From: Camelus dromedarius
Taxonomy: Eukaryota
NCBI RefSeq assembly: GCF_036321535.1
Contig: NC_087462.1
Location: 682,001 to 746,000, forward strand
Direction: 5' to 3'
DNA: 64,000 bases
The first letter of the stretch is position 1; each line of letters opens with the position of its first letter. The position numbers and the translations under genes were made by a program. Shown here piece by piece: positions 1 to 19,300 of the stretch. The notes under the pieces were generated by a model. It was not told the origin of the DNA. It did no database searches and worked only from the letters and a program-made list of their open reading frames with translations.

Positions 1-1924
1 GTCACCCAAGCCACCCTACTGGCCCTCCCGGCCTTCAGGGAGTAGAAGCGGGATGGAGAGGCCTCAGGTGGGCGAGTGCCCCCCCCCCCCCCGCATCCTG
101 TATATGTGATAGAGTGCCCTGTATGCGCACATGCGTACGAAGGTCAAGTTAGAGGACGCTTACCGCCCAAAGGGTTTGCTTGAGCTCTGAGACCTGAGTG
201 GAGGGTCATACAGTGCTGGCCCCCAGTCCTGCTTTCCTGGAGGGTCAGCTGCGGCCCTGGCACTGTGGGGACACAGTGTCCGTCGGAAGAACCAGAGGGG
301 AAGCAGGCCAGGGACGTAGTGTGGCTGGCGGTCCCCAGCCGGCCTGACAAGTAGTGTCAGGTGTCACAGCGGCCGTGCCAGTGCCAGTCCACTCGCTCAG
401 CCCTGGGTGGGTGTGCGGGACTCCGCCTCTCGGAGGCCCCCTCGGCTGTGCTGCCTGCCCGGCTTTGGTGTCTGTCATGAGAACCTGCAGGCAGGCAGCT
501 CTGGACTAGAACCGACTACGCCTTCTTCCCTGGGTGCTGTGAGGGCCGTGCCCTGCCCTGAGGGGGCCTGTTCCCTGGTCCTGAGTCCCAGCGCAGAACT
601 CTGGATAGAAGGCCTTGGAGGGCGGTGGGTCTGCCCCATGGTGGGCTCTCCTGCCAGGGCCGGGTGTCCACTCCCAGGCCTGAGACCCAGGCTTCAGGGC
701 CAGCCTTGCTGCCAGGCGGCTATGGGAAAAAAGGCTCCTTTGTCCTGGAGAGACTTAATAAACTGAACTCCAGACTCGTTTCTTGTGAAGCGTCTGGAAC
801 CTTGCAGAGAAGCCTCGCGAGTCCTCCAGCTCTAGCCGGGTCGGGAAACTTCTTAAAGAATGGAGTTAGCGCAGAAGGAGCCCCCCCCCTCCGCCGTGGC
901 TCCCCCAAGACAGTGGTTGTGGGTCTGTGCTCGTCCCTGACCTGCTGGCAGAAGCTAAGTCATACTTACTGTGACGGGAAAGTTCCAAAAAACGCCCAGA
1001 AGTGAAAAAAGGGGCTGCTCACCGCCTTAGTACCGACCGTGTGCTGCGTTCCTTTTGAGCCCCTCTTAGGTGTGTCCTCTCTTCCTCTCCAGCCACTTTC
1101 ATGCAGGACAAACCCACCCCGAGGGTCGTCGTAAAGGAGAAGTCGGATTTGCTTGTGCTTCCCTAGACGGCGGGAGCAGGTGTCGGAGCAGGTCTCGGGC
1201 CGCACCCCTTGTGACACCGCTGCCCGGGAGGACAGGTGGCAGAGGGGCTTCAGCTCTTTGGAGGGGTCTTCGTCAGCTGCTGAGGGGTCTGTTTGCCCCA
1301 AGGCTGTGCTGCTTGGACCCCCGCCCCCAGCCTACAGCTGCCTTTCTGTTGAGGGCAGGTGGGGTCTTGGTGATGGTCCTGTGGCTTTGGGATGGGTGTG
1401 TGCAGAGCCCCAGGGTGTGTGTGCGTCAGGGGAGCGATGGGCCCTGTGGGGCAGCTCAGGCCTCGTGGCCTGCTTTCCCCATCCGTGACCCTGGTGCACC
1501 CGGGCCAGTCCCTTCCCTTTGCGTCCCTGCCCCTGTGGCCGAGCTGGGCCTCCCGTGGCGAGGCCGGACCACTCTGCAGTGACTGGTGGGCAGTGAGCAG
1601 TTGGGAAGCGGTTGGGATTTTAGCACATCGAGCAGCAGAACTCTGGACTGGGCTGCCTACCCAGTATTGGGAAGGATTCTGCTGTGGGGCCGGTCAGCTG
1701 CCTGCCAGAGGGGAGGGATGTGGAAATGCAGCGGGAGCTTGGGGTTGGGGGCGTTGGAACACACAGCAGGCCAGGTCCCTGGCAGTGCCGGGTGGGCGAG
1801 CGGGTGACGTGCCGCCCTGAGCAGCTGTGCACACCGGGGAATGCTGGCTCCTCACCCGAGAGTGTCAAGAACCACAACCGAAGCTGCCTGGGTCCACCAC
1901 GCATTGAATGGTGATTTGTCCTCA

Positions 1925-2440
1925 TAAGTGTTACGGAGATAGAATTTACATGATGTAAGATTCACACTAGTAGTGGGTAATTCAGTATCATTTAGTGCTT
2001 TCATAGAGTGTGCAACCATCACCCCTATTTAGCTCCAGAACATTCCATCACCCCAAAAAGAAACCCCATCCCATCAGCAGTCGCCCCTCTCCCCATTCCC
2101 CCAGCCCCTGACAGCCAGGAGCCCCCTCCCTGTGTCTGTGGACTGGCCTGTTACCGACGCCTCACATCCATGGAGTCACACACTGTGTGTTCTTCTGTGT
2201 CTGCTGCTCTCCCTGAGCTCGTGCTCTCAGGGTCCGTCCACGTGGCAGCGAGGGCCAGGGCTGCTCTCCTATTCACGGCTGAGTGATGTCCCTGTGTGTG
2301 GAGGGACGTGTGTGTATCTGTCCCCTGTCAGTGGACATTGGGGGTTTTCCTACCTGACGCCTGTTAGGAGCTGTGCTGCCGGGAACTTGCGTGAACGAGT
2401 GCTTGTGCTGAGCTGCACTTTGAGCAAATCTCCCCTTGTT
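1925..2440 (-). mobile_element. L1M (L1MB-like) 3' end fragment in STK11 intron 1
   Basis: gtgtgcaaccatcacc...ccagaacattccatcaccccaaaaagaaaccccatccc...cccagcccctg matches the recalled antisense L1MB 3' UTR. Confidence 0.8.
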
Positions 2441-2582
2441 TAATTCTCTCTCCGGGCCTGCCAAGGGCCCCTTGCCACATGATTAGAAGCACTGGCAGAG
2501 GGGTGAGGGGGTCTTGCCCTGTGTGTCCCTCTGCCAGGGGCGCCCGCTCTCTGTGGCCCCAGCCGTGACCCGGGCTGGCCCT

Positions 2583-2620
2583 GGGACAGGTGGCTGGCCC
2601 CGGGACAGGTGGCTGGCCCC
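2583..2620 (+). repeat. 19-bp tandem repeat x2 (gggacaggtggctggcccc)
   Basis: Two exact adjacent copies plus a partial copy upstream. Confidence 0.85.
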
Positions 2621-4936
2621 ATGTGCTGTGTTTTGGGCTGACGCTGGAGGCAGCTTCTCTCCATCCTCTAAGCTCCGACGGTCTGGGGACCCTCACTCTT
2701 CCATTTGTCTTCTGGTTAATCAAGGTGTCAGCCAAACAGTTGGCTCTGCTGGGGGAGCACCCACAGGCAGGTCCCTGGCAGCGCCGGGTGGGTGGGAGGG
2801 TGACGTACCACCCTGAGCAGCTGTGCACACCGGACGGAAGGCGCTGCTTCCTCTTGTTCACTTCCTGCATCCTGGCCGAGCGCCTGGCTTTTCCTCTTTC
2901 TTTAAATACTGGTTTTCTTTTTTTTTTTTTCCGGCCAGTGGTGTGGCTTGTAAGAGACAGAAAACTTTGCGGAGGAGGTGATGGCAGCCCCCATCCCCCC
3001 AGGGCACTGCAGTGAACGTTTCTGGGGCTCCATAACCGGCTCCCAATGTGCATCTCCATGCCATCCGCTCGCGCGCGTGTGGTTCCCACAGCCCTGTGTC
3101 AAGTTTGACATCAAAGCCACTTTCCGGGTACCAGTCATGGGACTTAGCATGTTTACCCAGGAAGCTCTGATCAGTTAGTTGAGCAAACAGATGGGCGACC
3201 AGATGCACCCACAGCAGGTCAGCCTGGTTCGGCTGCAGTGCGGGGCCCTCTCTTTTGGAGCTCACCTTGCCGGCGTCAGGGTGGAAAGGCGGCTGCATCT
3301 GCCTGGGACTTGGCTCTGACCTCTCCCGCAGAATTCACGTGGTGGTTTTGCCCTAGAGACAGTTGGGCAGGAAGAGGCTTGGCCCAGCCAGCCCAGAAGG
3401 TAGTTCCAGGCCTGGAGTAAATCAGAACACAGAGAGCAGAGCAGTCGGGAAGGACTGGGTGAGCTCCCAGGGCCTGTCAGCATGCAGCGGGGTCCCTGGT
3501 CCAGGAGCTGCCCCACAGCGTTGTTGGCAGCCTGCATCGGAGTTCAGGGCCTTATTTCCACACTCACGTGTCAGGCTGCTGCCCCATCCCCAAGGTGGCG
3601 ACATGTCGGCTCAAGGTCTGAGCGCTCCTTGTCTCAACACTTGCGTCTTAGCTGCGATGAGAGAAGCTGTCGTGGTCTGTCTGGATGCAGAGAAGGGGGA
3701 CTGGAGGAAGGTTCCAGGGCTTAGAGGCTGGCTCGGACGGGTGATCTGAGTTGTCCTGAGCTGGGGTCTGTGCTAACTGTTCCTCACCCCATGTGCAGTT
3801 TCGGAAACTAGAGTTGGGGAGACATGGGGTCTGCGTGTGGGCAATCCTTCATCCCTGTGATGTCCTTCCCCTCTTGGGGCTGTACACCTGCCCCCCTGCC
3901 CCCAGGCGCCCACACAGCCGCCTCCCAGTCCTGGCCGCTGGCCCCTTGCTGGCCAGGTGGCTCCACAGGTAAGTTGGCTGGCTGGGTGGGTGGCAGGTGC
4001 TGAGCAGTGGTCTCTGAGAGGAGCCGGCTCTGCACACACAGCAGGCAGCAGGTGGCAGGGACCTCATGGCCACTGGCGTATGCACCGCTGGCTGAGTATG
4101 GCCTCCGTCGGGGGCAGCTGGGGTCTCATAGTGCGTCCCATTGCTGTCTCCTACTGCCACATGTCTGTTGGATAAAAGTGGGGTGGGACTCGCCGGTGGG
4201 TAGAGGGCCCCCAAGTCGGGGCTGAGCTCCGGCCAGGGGAGATGGCAGCCAGTGGGGCCAGGAGTCAGAGCTCTGGGGTGATCCAGGTGGTGGGATGCAG
4301 GGAGGAGGAAGGAGGACTGCGGCACAGGGCTGCTCCCAGACAGTGGTGGGGAGGCCCTGGGCGTCTGGTTGCCCGAACCCCACAGATGGGCCTGGTGAGG
4401 TCCATCGCGGAGCAGGTAGGATCTGGAGGCCAGCGCCTGGACCGTTCTGGGAGGACCTGCCAGAGGTCGGGAGGGGGCTCACAGGCAAGAGGAGCAGCTG
4501 GACGGGTGCTCCCCAGCCAGGACCGTCCCGATCCTTTACAGCAGGACGCATCCTGCGATCTGGCCCCAGGGACACCTGGCAACGTCTGAGGACATTGGTG
4601 GTCAAATAGTCCCGTGTCACAGGGCTGAGGTGGGGTTACCATGTGTTAATTATTCACAGGAGAATTGAGTGTGGGTCCTGCTCATGCTAGATACCAGGCT
4701 AAACCCCCAGCCTCAGAGGCTCCTGGCTTTGCAGCCCCTGGAGGATTGACACTTACAAGGGTGCGAGGTGTTATGGCATGGGATCCACGCCCGGCCACCG
4801 TCAGGAAGGGCTTCCTGGAGTAGGTGACCTTTTCGTGGAACCTGGACAGTGGGAGGGAGGGACCCAAGTTTCTGACATGATTGGGGGCCCCTTACCTTCC
4901 TGGCTGTTCTGATGTCTCATGCTTCCTGGTGAGGAC

Positions 4937-5490
4937 TTTTGAAGTCTTTATTGAGATACTATTCAGATGTCATGCAATTTGGTGCCGTTTAGAATCTTCA
5001 TAGAGTTGTGCCACCATTACCTCTATTTCCAGAACACTCTGTCACCCCAAGAAGAAACCTTGTCCCCGTTAGCAGTCACCCCCTCATCCACCACACCCCC
5101 TCCCAGCCCCTGACAGCCAGGAGCCCCCTCCCTGTGTCTGCGGACTGGCCTGTTCTGGACGTTTCACATCCATGGAGTCACAACACACACTGTGTCCTTC
5201 TGTGTCTGCTTCTCCCACTAAGCATCGTGCTCTCAGGGTCCGTCAACATGGGAGCAGGTGTCAGGGCTGCTCTCCTTCTTGTGGCCGAGTGATAATTCCT
5301 GCATGTGGAGGGACAGTTGCGTTGTTTCCACTTTGGGGCTTTGGTGGATCGTGCTGCCATGAGCACGCATGTGCAGGGCTCTGTAAGCAGTTGTCCTGGG
5401 TGAGCACCTTGAGTGGAATTGCTGGGTCAGTTGGTGGACCATTCAACCTTCTGAGGCACTGCCGAGCATTCCCCACATCTGGGCTGTCAG
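4937..5490 (-). mobile_element. Second L1M (L1MB-like) 3' end fragment in STK11 intron 1
   Basis: tttattgagata...gagttgtgccaccatt...ccagaacact...gttgtttccactttgggg...gagtggaattgctgggtca. Confidence 0.8.
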
Positions 5491-5773
5491 GGCCCATCCT
5501 GCTCAGGCCCCATGGGGAGAGAGGCAGCGTCAGGAGGCCATCTGCAGAGCGGGCAGTGCTGGGCCCTGCCCTGATCCGCTCTGGCAGGGTGCGGGGAGAG
5601 GAAGGAGGTCCTGTCCTCATGGAGACACCCTAGCAGTGGCGTGGGGCTGGGGCTTCAGTCCCAGAGGGAGACCCTGAGGGGATGCCAAGGGCGGGCTGGG
5701 CCGTCCCTGGGCTATGGTCACGCCAGCTCCCACGCACGGGGGTGCCGATGCCCTGCCATCCCGCTGTCCCTGA

Positions 5774-13748
<7,975 letters not shown>

Positions 13749-15451
13749 GGATGCTGCCCACAGGTGGGACACGGTGGGGACCAGCAGAAGTGGGTGGGGG
13801 GAAGGTTGTGGGCACTGCCAGTGCCTGACCACAGCCAGCCCTGCCCTTTGCAGCCGTCACTCTGTGCTTACTGCCACTGGGGTCTGGGTTGGAGGTGGAG
13901 GAGGGCACTTTCAGCAGGACACTGGCCGCTCACTTGGGGGTGAGGGCCCCTCAACCCAAGGGGCTCATCCCTTCTCCAGCCCAGGCTGCTCCTGGTGTTT
14001 GAGGAGGCAGTGAGGGAGGGTGGGAGGCTGGGAGGGCCGGGAGGGGCTGTGGTCCGGTTGAGGCTGTCGTCTTGGTTGCTGCCTGGTCTCTTCTCTGCTT
14101 CCTCCTCCCACCCCTGACTGCCCCTGAGGCAGTGGGAGTTTCAGGTCATAGACCTTGCCCAGCCACATCCCCTCTTCCGGGAGCTGCCCCTGAAAGGGCC
14201 CCCAAAGAACTTATCTGCCAGCATCAGGACCAGCCAGGCGGAGTAGAAACTGCTTTGGAGGGAGCGGTGTCAGGGCAGTGCTTGCTCCTGCCAGGCAGGG
14301 AGGGCCCTCAAGGCAGCACAGACCTCCCTGTTCTCCTGAGGCGTCTGACAGCACCGTGTGACCCAGCCTCAGTCTCCCCACCCTACATAGGGCCCCAGGG
14401 GCAGGCCTGTCTCCTGGGGTGCAGAGCGTGTGTGTTGGCTCAGAAGTGACCCACCTTCTGTCCTGGTCTCAGCTCATCTCCGGGAGCCCCTGCCAGGTCC
14501 TCAGTCTTCCTGCCGAGTGCTGGCCTGCTGCCCACCACCCAGGAAGGCCACCACCGGGCCCTTCACGCTGACCACCCCTCCGGAAGCCGGGGGGGCCTGG
14601 AGGGATGTGGCTGGGGGACAGCAGGGACTGGGGTCTGGCCTTCCCGTGATGGCCAGTGGACATGACCTCCTGCTGACTGCAGTCCTGTGCTGAGCCCCTT
14701 CCCCCGGCCAGGGGAGGAGGGAGAGGGCCCGATGTGGCCCCGTGCCAGCCTTCACCATGCACTTTACGTTGAGACTACTGGTTCTCGCCTGCCCCAACTC
14801 CTTTTTACTCTGCCACTCGTTAGCGCCTCCCACACCTGGTGACGCGTTCAAACCAACCAGAGCCGCAGCGGGACGGGCATCACGAGCAGGCCTCTCCACC
14901 CAGGTGCATGCCCAGCACCCAAGGAAGCTAGGCGGCTGCCTTGTTTTTGTTGTTTGGCTGGTTTCTTTCTTTTTTAAAAAAAAAGAAAAAATAAAACAGG
15001 TGGATTTGAGCTGTGGTTGTGAGGGGTGTTTGGGAATTGTGGGAGGCAGGACGTGCTATAAGGTGGGGAATCTGAGTCTGAGCCTGGGGCCGTTTTGGGA
15101 CCCCAGTATGTGGGGCTGGCTGGTGTCTGCTGATCTTGCTGGTGGCGCCTCGTGGGGATCTAGGTCTCCCAGGCGTGTCTGCCGTTTGCCATCTGGATCT
15201 CTGCTCTCAGTGGTGACTTGGCCTCCCCAAATCACAACAGGCCGGCCTTTGCTCAGCCCAGGGCCCATGGCTCCACAGTGCAGTGTTCAGGGGTGCCCTG
15301 ACCCCCTTCCCTCCAAGGCCTCTGTGCTCCTGGGTCCCCGGAGAAAACCCAGAGCAAGCGAGAGTATGCAGTAAATATTTATAATCAACCAGAAAACAAA
15401 ACACAAGAAACTCCATCACTGGATAGTACACAGCACGAAGCTTCCAAGGGA

Positions 15452-15476
15452 GGGGCGGGGCGGGGCGGGGCGGGGC
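15452..15476 (+). repeat. (GGGGC)5 microsatellite
   Basis: Five exact units. Confidence 0.9.
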
Positions 15477-15517
15477 AACTCGGCCGGCCGCTGGCGAGGG
15501 CTGCCCCAACTTTTGGC

Positions 15518-15527
15518 AATAAATAAA
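15518..15527 (+). terminator. STK11: STK11 polyadenylation signal (overlapping AATAAA x2)
   Basis: AATAAATAAA followed by a T/G-rich downstream tract at about 15554-15570. Confidence 0.85.
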
Positions 15528-16388
15528 GCTTGGGAAACTTGAAACCTTGACCGTTTGGGTTTTATGTCTCAAACACTGGTGAGTCCTGGCAGCTCTGTGG
15601 ACGGTGCGGTTACTGGGCGTGCAGCCCGCTCAACATGCAGAGGTGAGCGTAGGGGCGCAGACACTGGGAGGAGGGCTGCGGGAGGTGTTCAGGGCTGGCA
15701 GCGGCAGCGGCAGGTGCAGTTATTGCTCAAAGGGGACACGGACTGCCGCGAGCACACGCCGCGGTGAGGTAAACGGCTTCCGCTTTGGGAGGTCGGCGGC
15801 CGCGGCCTTGGCCAGCCTCCCGGTCCTGCTGGCGCACTCTACATGGATCCTCAGCGCCCCGCGGTCCCAGCCCCGGCATCCTCGGCGCAGGTGCCCTGGC
15901 GCGGAGCCCTCGGCGCGTGCAGACCCGACGCATCTCGAGGCTCAACTGGGCCTGTGAGGGGCACTCTGTGCATGCGTCTCGCGCAGTCGGAACTCGTCGC
16001 CCCTCCAGGATGCAGCCCCTGCGCCTGCGCTTCCCGCCGCTGTGTGCCCCAGACACGATGCGGTGCGCCCGATTTTTCCGGTCACCACCCCGCTGCTGTC
16101 TGCGCCGGCGGAAGCTGGACGTCGTCCTCAGGAGCCCGAAGATGAGAATCCACCACACTCCCTCTAGTCGAGTCAGGGTCCTCTTGGCCTTGCGATTCCG
16201 CGGGGACCCAGCGAAGTGCCTGGAAGGGATCGTGTGCGTGCGCACTTTGGGGCGGTGCGGGGCGCCTGGGGCACTTAGTGTGCGCTCGAGGCCCTCTGTC
16301 CCGGGGCATGCGCGCCGGGGCGTCCGGCGCCGAGGCGTGGAGGCCCCCGCCGGCGACGAACAAGGTGAAGTGGGCGTGGGGCGCAGGC

Positions 16389-19300
16389 TTAGACCGGGCT
16401 GTGGTCGGGGGACGTGGGCGCAGCTGCAGCCAGCGCGGGAGCCACGGCAACGGGCTCGGCCAGGCGGGGAGGGAAGAGTCTGTCGTCGAGGCTGGCGGCC
16501 AGCTTGTCCAGTAGTGCCCCTGGGGGTCCGGCACACAGGCCGGAGCCCGGGCAGCCACCGCTGGGCTCCTCCTCGATGACGGGGATGGCGGGGACAGCGG
16601 GGACCGCCGGGTCATCACCCGCGCAGCCGTCGGGCGGGCAGTCGACGCTGTCTCCCCGGCGCAGGGGCGCACGCACGGGTCGGGCGTTGCCGGGTGGGGC
16701 CGTGGGTGGGGCGGAGGGCGCGGCCCGCGCGCCAGGGTCGCTGTGCTGCCGGCCACGCTGCTGCCACTGCTTGCGTGCATGGGGGTGCGGGTGCGCGCGT
16801 GCACGGTGGCGAGTGGCGGCGGACGGGGCATCGTCGAAGTACGGGTCGTGGCGCAGGAACTCGTGGAACAGCGCGTCCGTCTTCTCGTCAATGCTGTAGT
16901 CGCGGCGCGGGGCGCGGCGGGGCCAGGCACGGGGGCTGCGGGGCCGGGAGGGCGCCTCGGCCGCGGGCTCGATGGGCCCCTCGAAGCTGCTGCTCACCGT
17001 AAACTCACGGCCCATGCTCGTGAAGGAGGAGAGCTTCTCAGGCCCGCTGGGCAGCCCGTCCTCGCCCGCGCCGCGGCCCTCAATGCTGGCGTAGCCGCTG
17101 TCCATCTGCAGCAGCTTGCGCGGCCCACCCACCTCGCTGTCGGCCGTACGCGGTGTGGGCAGCGGCGAGGGCGGCGGGAAGGCGGGTGCAGTGCCTCCAG
17201 AGCCTGAACCCGAGCTGTCGCCGCTGCGCACCGAGTCGCGGTCGTTGCCGCTGCTGCTGTGGTCGGAGGCGTTGGCAGCATGCAGCTCGAGCGAGGCGCG
17301 CAGGCTCCAGATGTCACGGTAGATGGTCTGGGCCTGCTCTGGCCCTGCATCCCGCTCGCTGTCTGACTCTTGATGCTGCTGCTCCTGCTCAGGCCCCGTG
17401 CTGCCGCTGCGCTCCGGGGGGGAATCAGGGCTCGATCCTCCCGCGGCGCCCACCTCGTCGGCTGCTTCTAGCCTGCAAACCAGGAAGCAGCTGTCAGAAG
17501 GCTGTGAAGGCCCCCGCGACCCCTCCCCGGCCACCCTGCCTCTGGGTCTGAGAGGATGGGCATGGGTAGGAACCCTACAGGCTTGGCCAGGCCCTGTGGA
17601 AGATGAACTTTTTAAATGCTGCCTGCCTGTCTACTTTGCAGGGACTGCCTTTTGGGTAAACCCAGAGCCTTCCTGGCAGCTGCTGAATGGGGGCTTCTCT
17701 TGGAATATCTGATCCAGGCATCTGCTGGCACTGCTGGTGGTTGGCCCCTTGACCAGAAAGAGCTTAAGCCTCGCCTTGGGAGATGCCTTCTTCCTGACAA
17801 CTTATTGTAGCAAGGGGCAGCTGGGGATGGATGGGAGGAGTAGAGTCCAGCTCAGCCCCTCCCCCTGGGTGAGTCTGGGTATGCAGCCTCACCTCCCAAG
17901 GTAGATTTGTTAAGGAACAAGGAGAATAAGCAAAAAGTGTTAACTCCCGGGACAGGGAAGTGCCCTGCTCCCTGGATCCTGTTGCCTATCCCACTGCCAT
18001 GGGCCCAGAGCTTCAGGACAGTTGCCCTTGGGCAGGGGGAGGGAGATTGCTGGCAGAAGTGGTCACAAGTTTCTGAGTAGGGGCCATCTAGTCCTCAGGA
18101 GCACGGGCAGGCGGGCAGGGCCCTTCAGGCCGTGGGCACCAGCAGGAAGTGGCAATACCTGTGCAGACATCCACCCACAGCGTCCCTGATTGAGCAGGCA
18201 TCCTGTCTTGGGAACCCGGGGCCCTGCCCGCCCCTCTACCCTTACCCAGTCTCCCCCTGCTTCCCTCTGGTCGGTGCTGGAGAGGTGGCCCCAGCCAGGC
18301 AGCCTCCGGGAGGGACGGTGGAGCCAGAGGGACACGACCGCCTGTCCGAAGGGGTGGGGCAGGGGCCCACAGGTCCACCCCTGGCACCTCTATCTACTGA
18401 AAAATACCTGCCGAGAGGGGGGGGCGGGCTGGTGGGGCTGGCCAGAAAGGGGCGGGGCTGCGGGAAGGCCACTGCGTCGCCAGCGCTGGCAATGTACTGG
18501 ATGTAGTCCACCTGGGGGGCATCCCCCTCCTCCTGTTCCATGCTCTCGCTGGCTGCCCGCTGCCGCTGGAAGTGGTGCCTCTTTGGGGAGCCTGTGCAGA
18601 GGAAGGCACGGCAGCCTGCCTGGGCCCCTCCCAGCCCTGGGCCCACTCTCACCCCCAAGCCAGCAGACCCCAGCCTAGGCCAGGTGAGTGTGCACCCTGG
18701 GGAACCAAGGCACAGAGGGCAGAAGGGCCAGGCTAGGTGTGGGTTGAGCTGCCAAGGTGGCAGCATTGCCCCAAGTGGTCCCAGCAGATGGGTGTGGCCA
18801 GAGCAAGGACTTGTACCGGACACATACCCAGCAGCAGACACAGCCCAGCTGGAGTGCAGAAGGCCGAAGGCTTGGGTGAGTGAGGGACAGCTGAGGGGAG
18901 AGAGGTAAAGCCCTTTCCTGCCAGCTCCAGCCCCAGCCTGGCCGGTGGGCCCCCTGGCCAGGTGCCAGGATCCTCCCATGACAAGAGGCCTCGCTGGGAA
19001 GGCCTCGGGGTAGGGATGAGACTCACCCAGCAAACAGGTTCTGGGTGCTTTTGCATTTGACTGTAATCACCATCAGGAATCACAGGCTCCATCTGGACTC
19101 CCAGCAGGGCAGTGGGATAGGCCCTCCCCTCCCAGGCCAGCGGCACCTCTGCCAGAACTCACCCCTCCTGCCCCTGTGCCAGCTGGAGCCAGGCCCTGAC
19201 AAGGGGGCTCACTGTCACTGGCCATGCACCTTCCCTCATCTCCAACACTGCCTGTCCCCTCTCTCTGCCTCTCCTGGCACCGGGACCTGCCACCTCCTCC

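Larger units (their letters stand above)
1772..2833 (+). repeat. 66-bp direct repeat pair (1772-1837 and 2768-2833)
   Basis: Hand alignment: 60 of 66 identical, no gaps. Confidence 0.9.
14473..15543 (+). other. STK11: STK11 non-coding last exon (3' UTR)
   Basis: Exon 9 donor at 13763|GTGGGA and acceptor tctcag|14473. Ends shortly after the AATAAATAAA signal; the exact 3' end is approximate. Confidence 0.72.

Noticed and set aside
15727-17551. Several 100-280 aa ORFs overlapping the CBARP last exon and 3' UTR
   Set aside because: Alternative-frame or antisense shadows of a very GC-rich exon.
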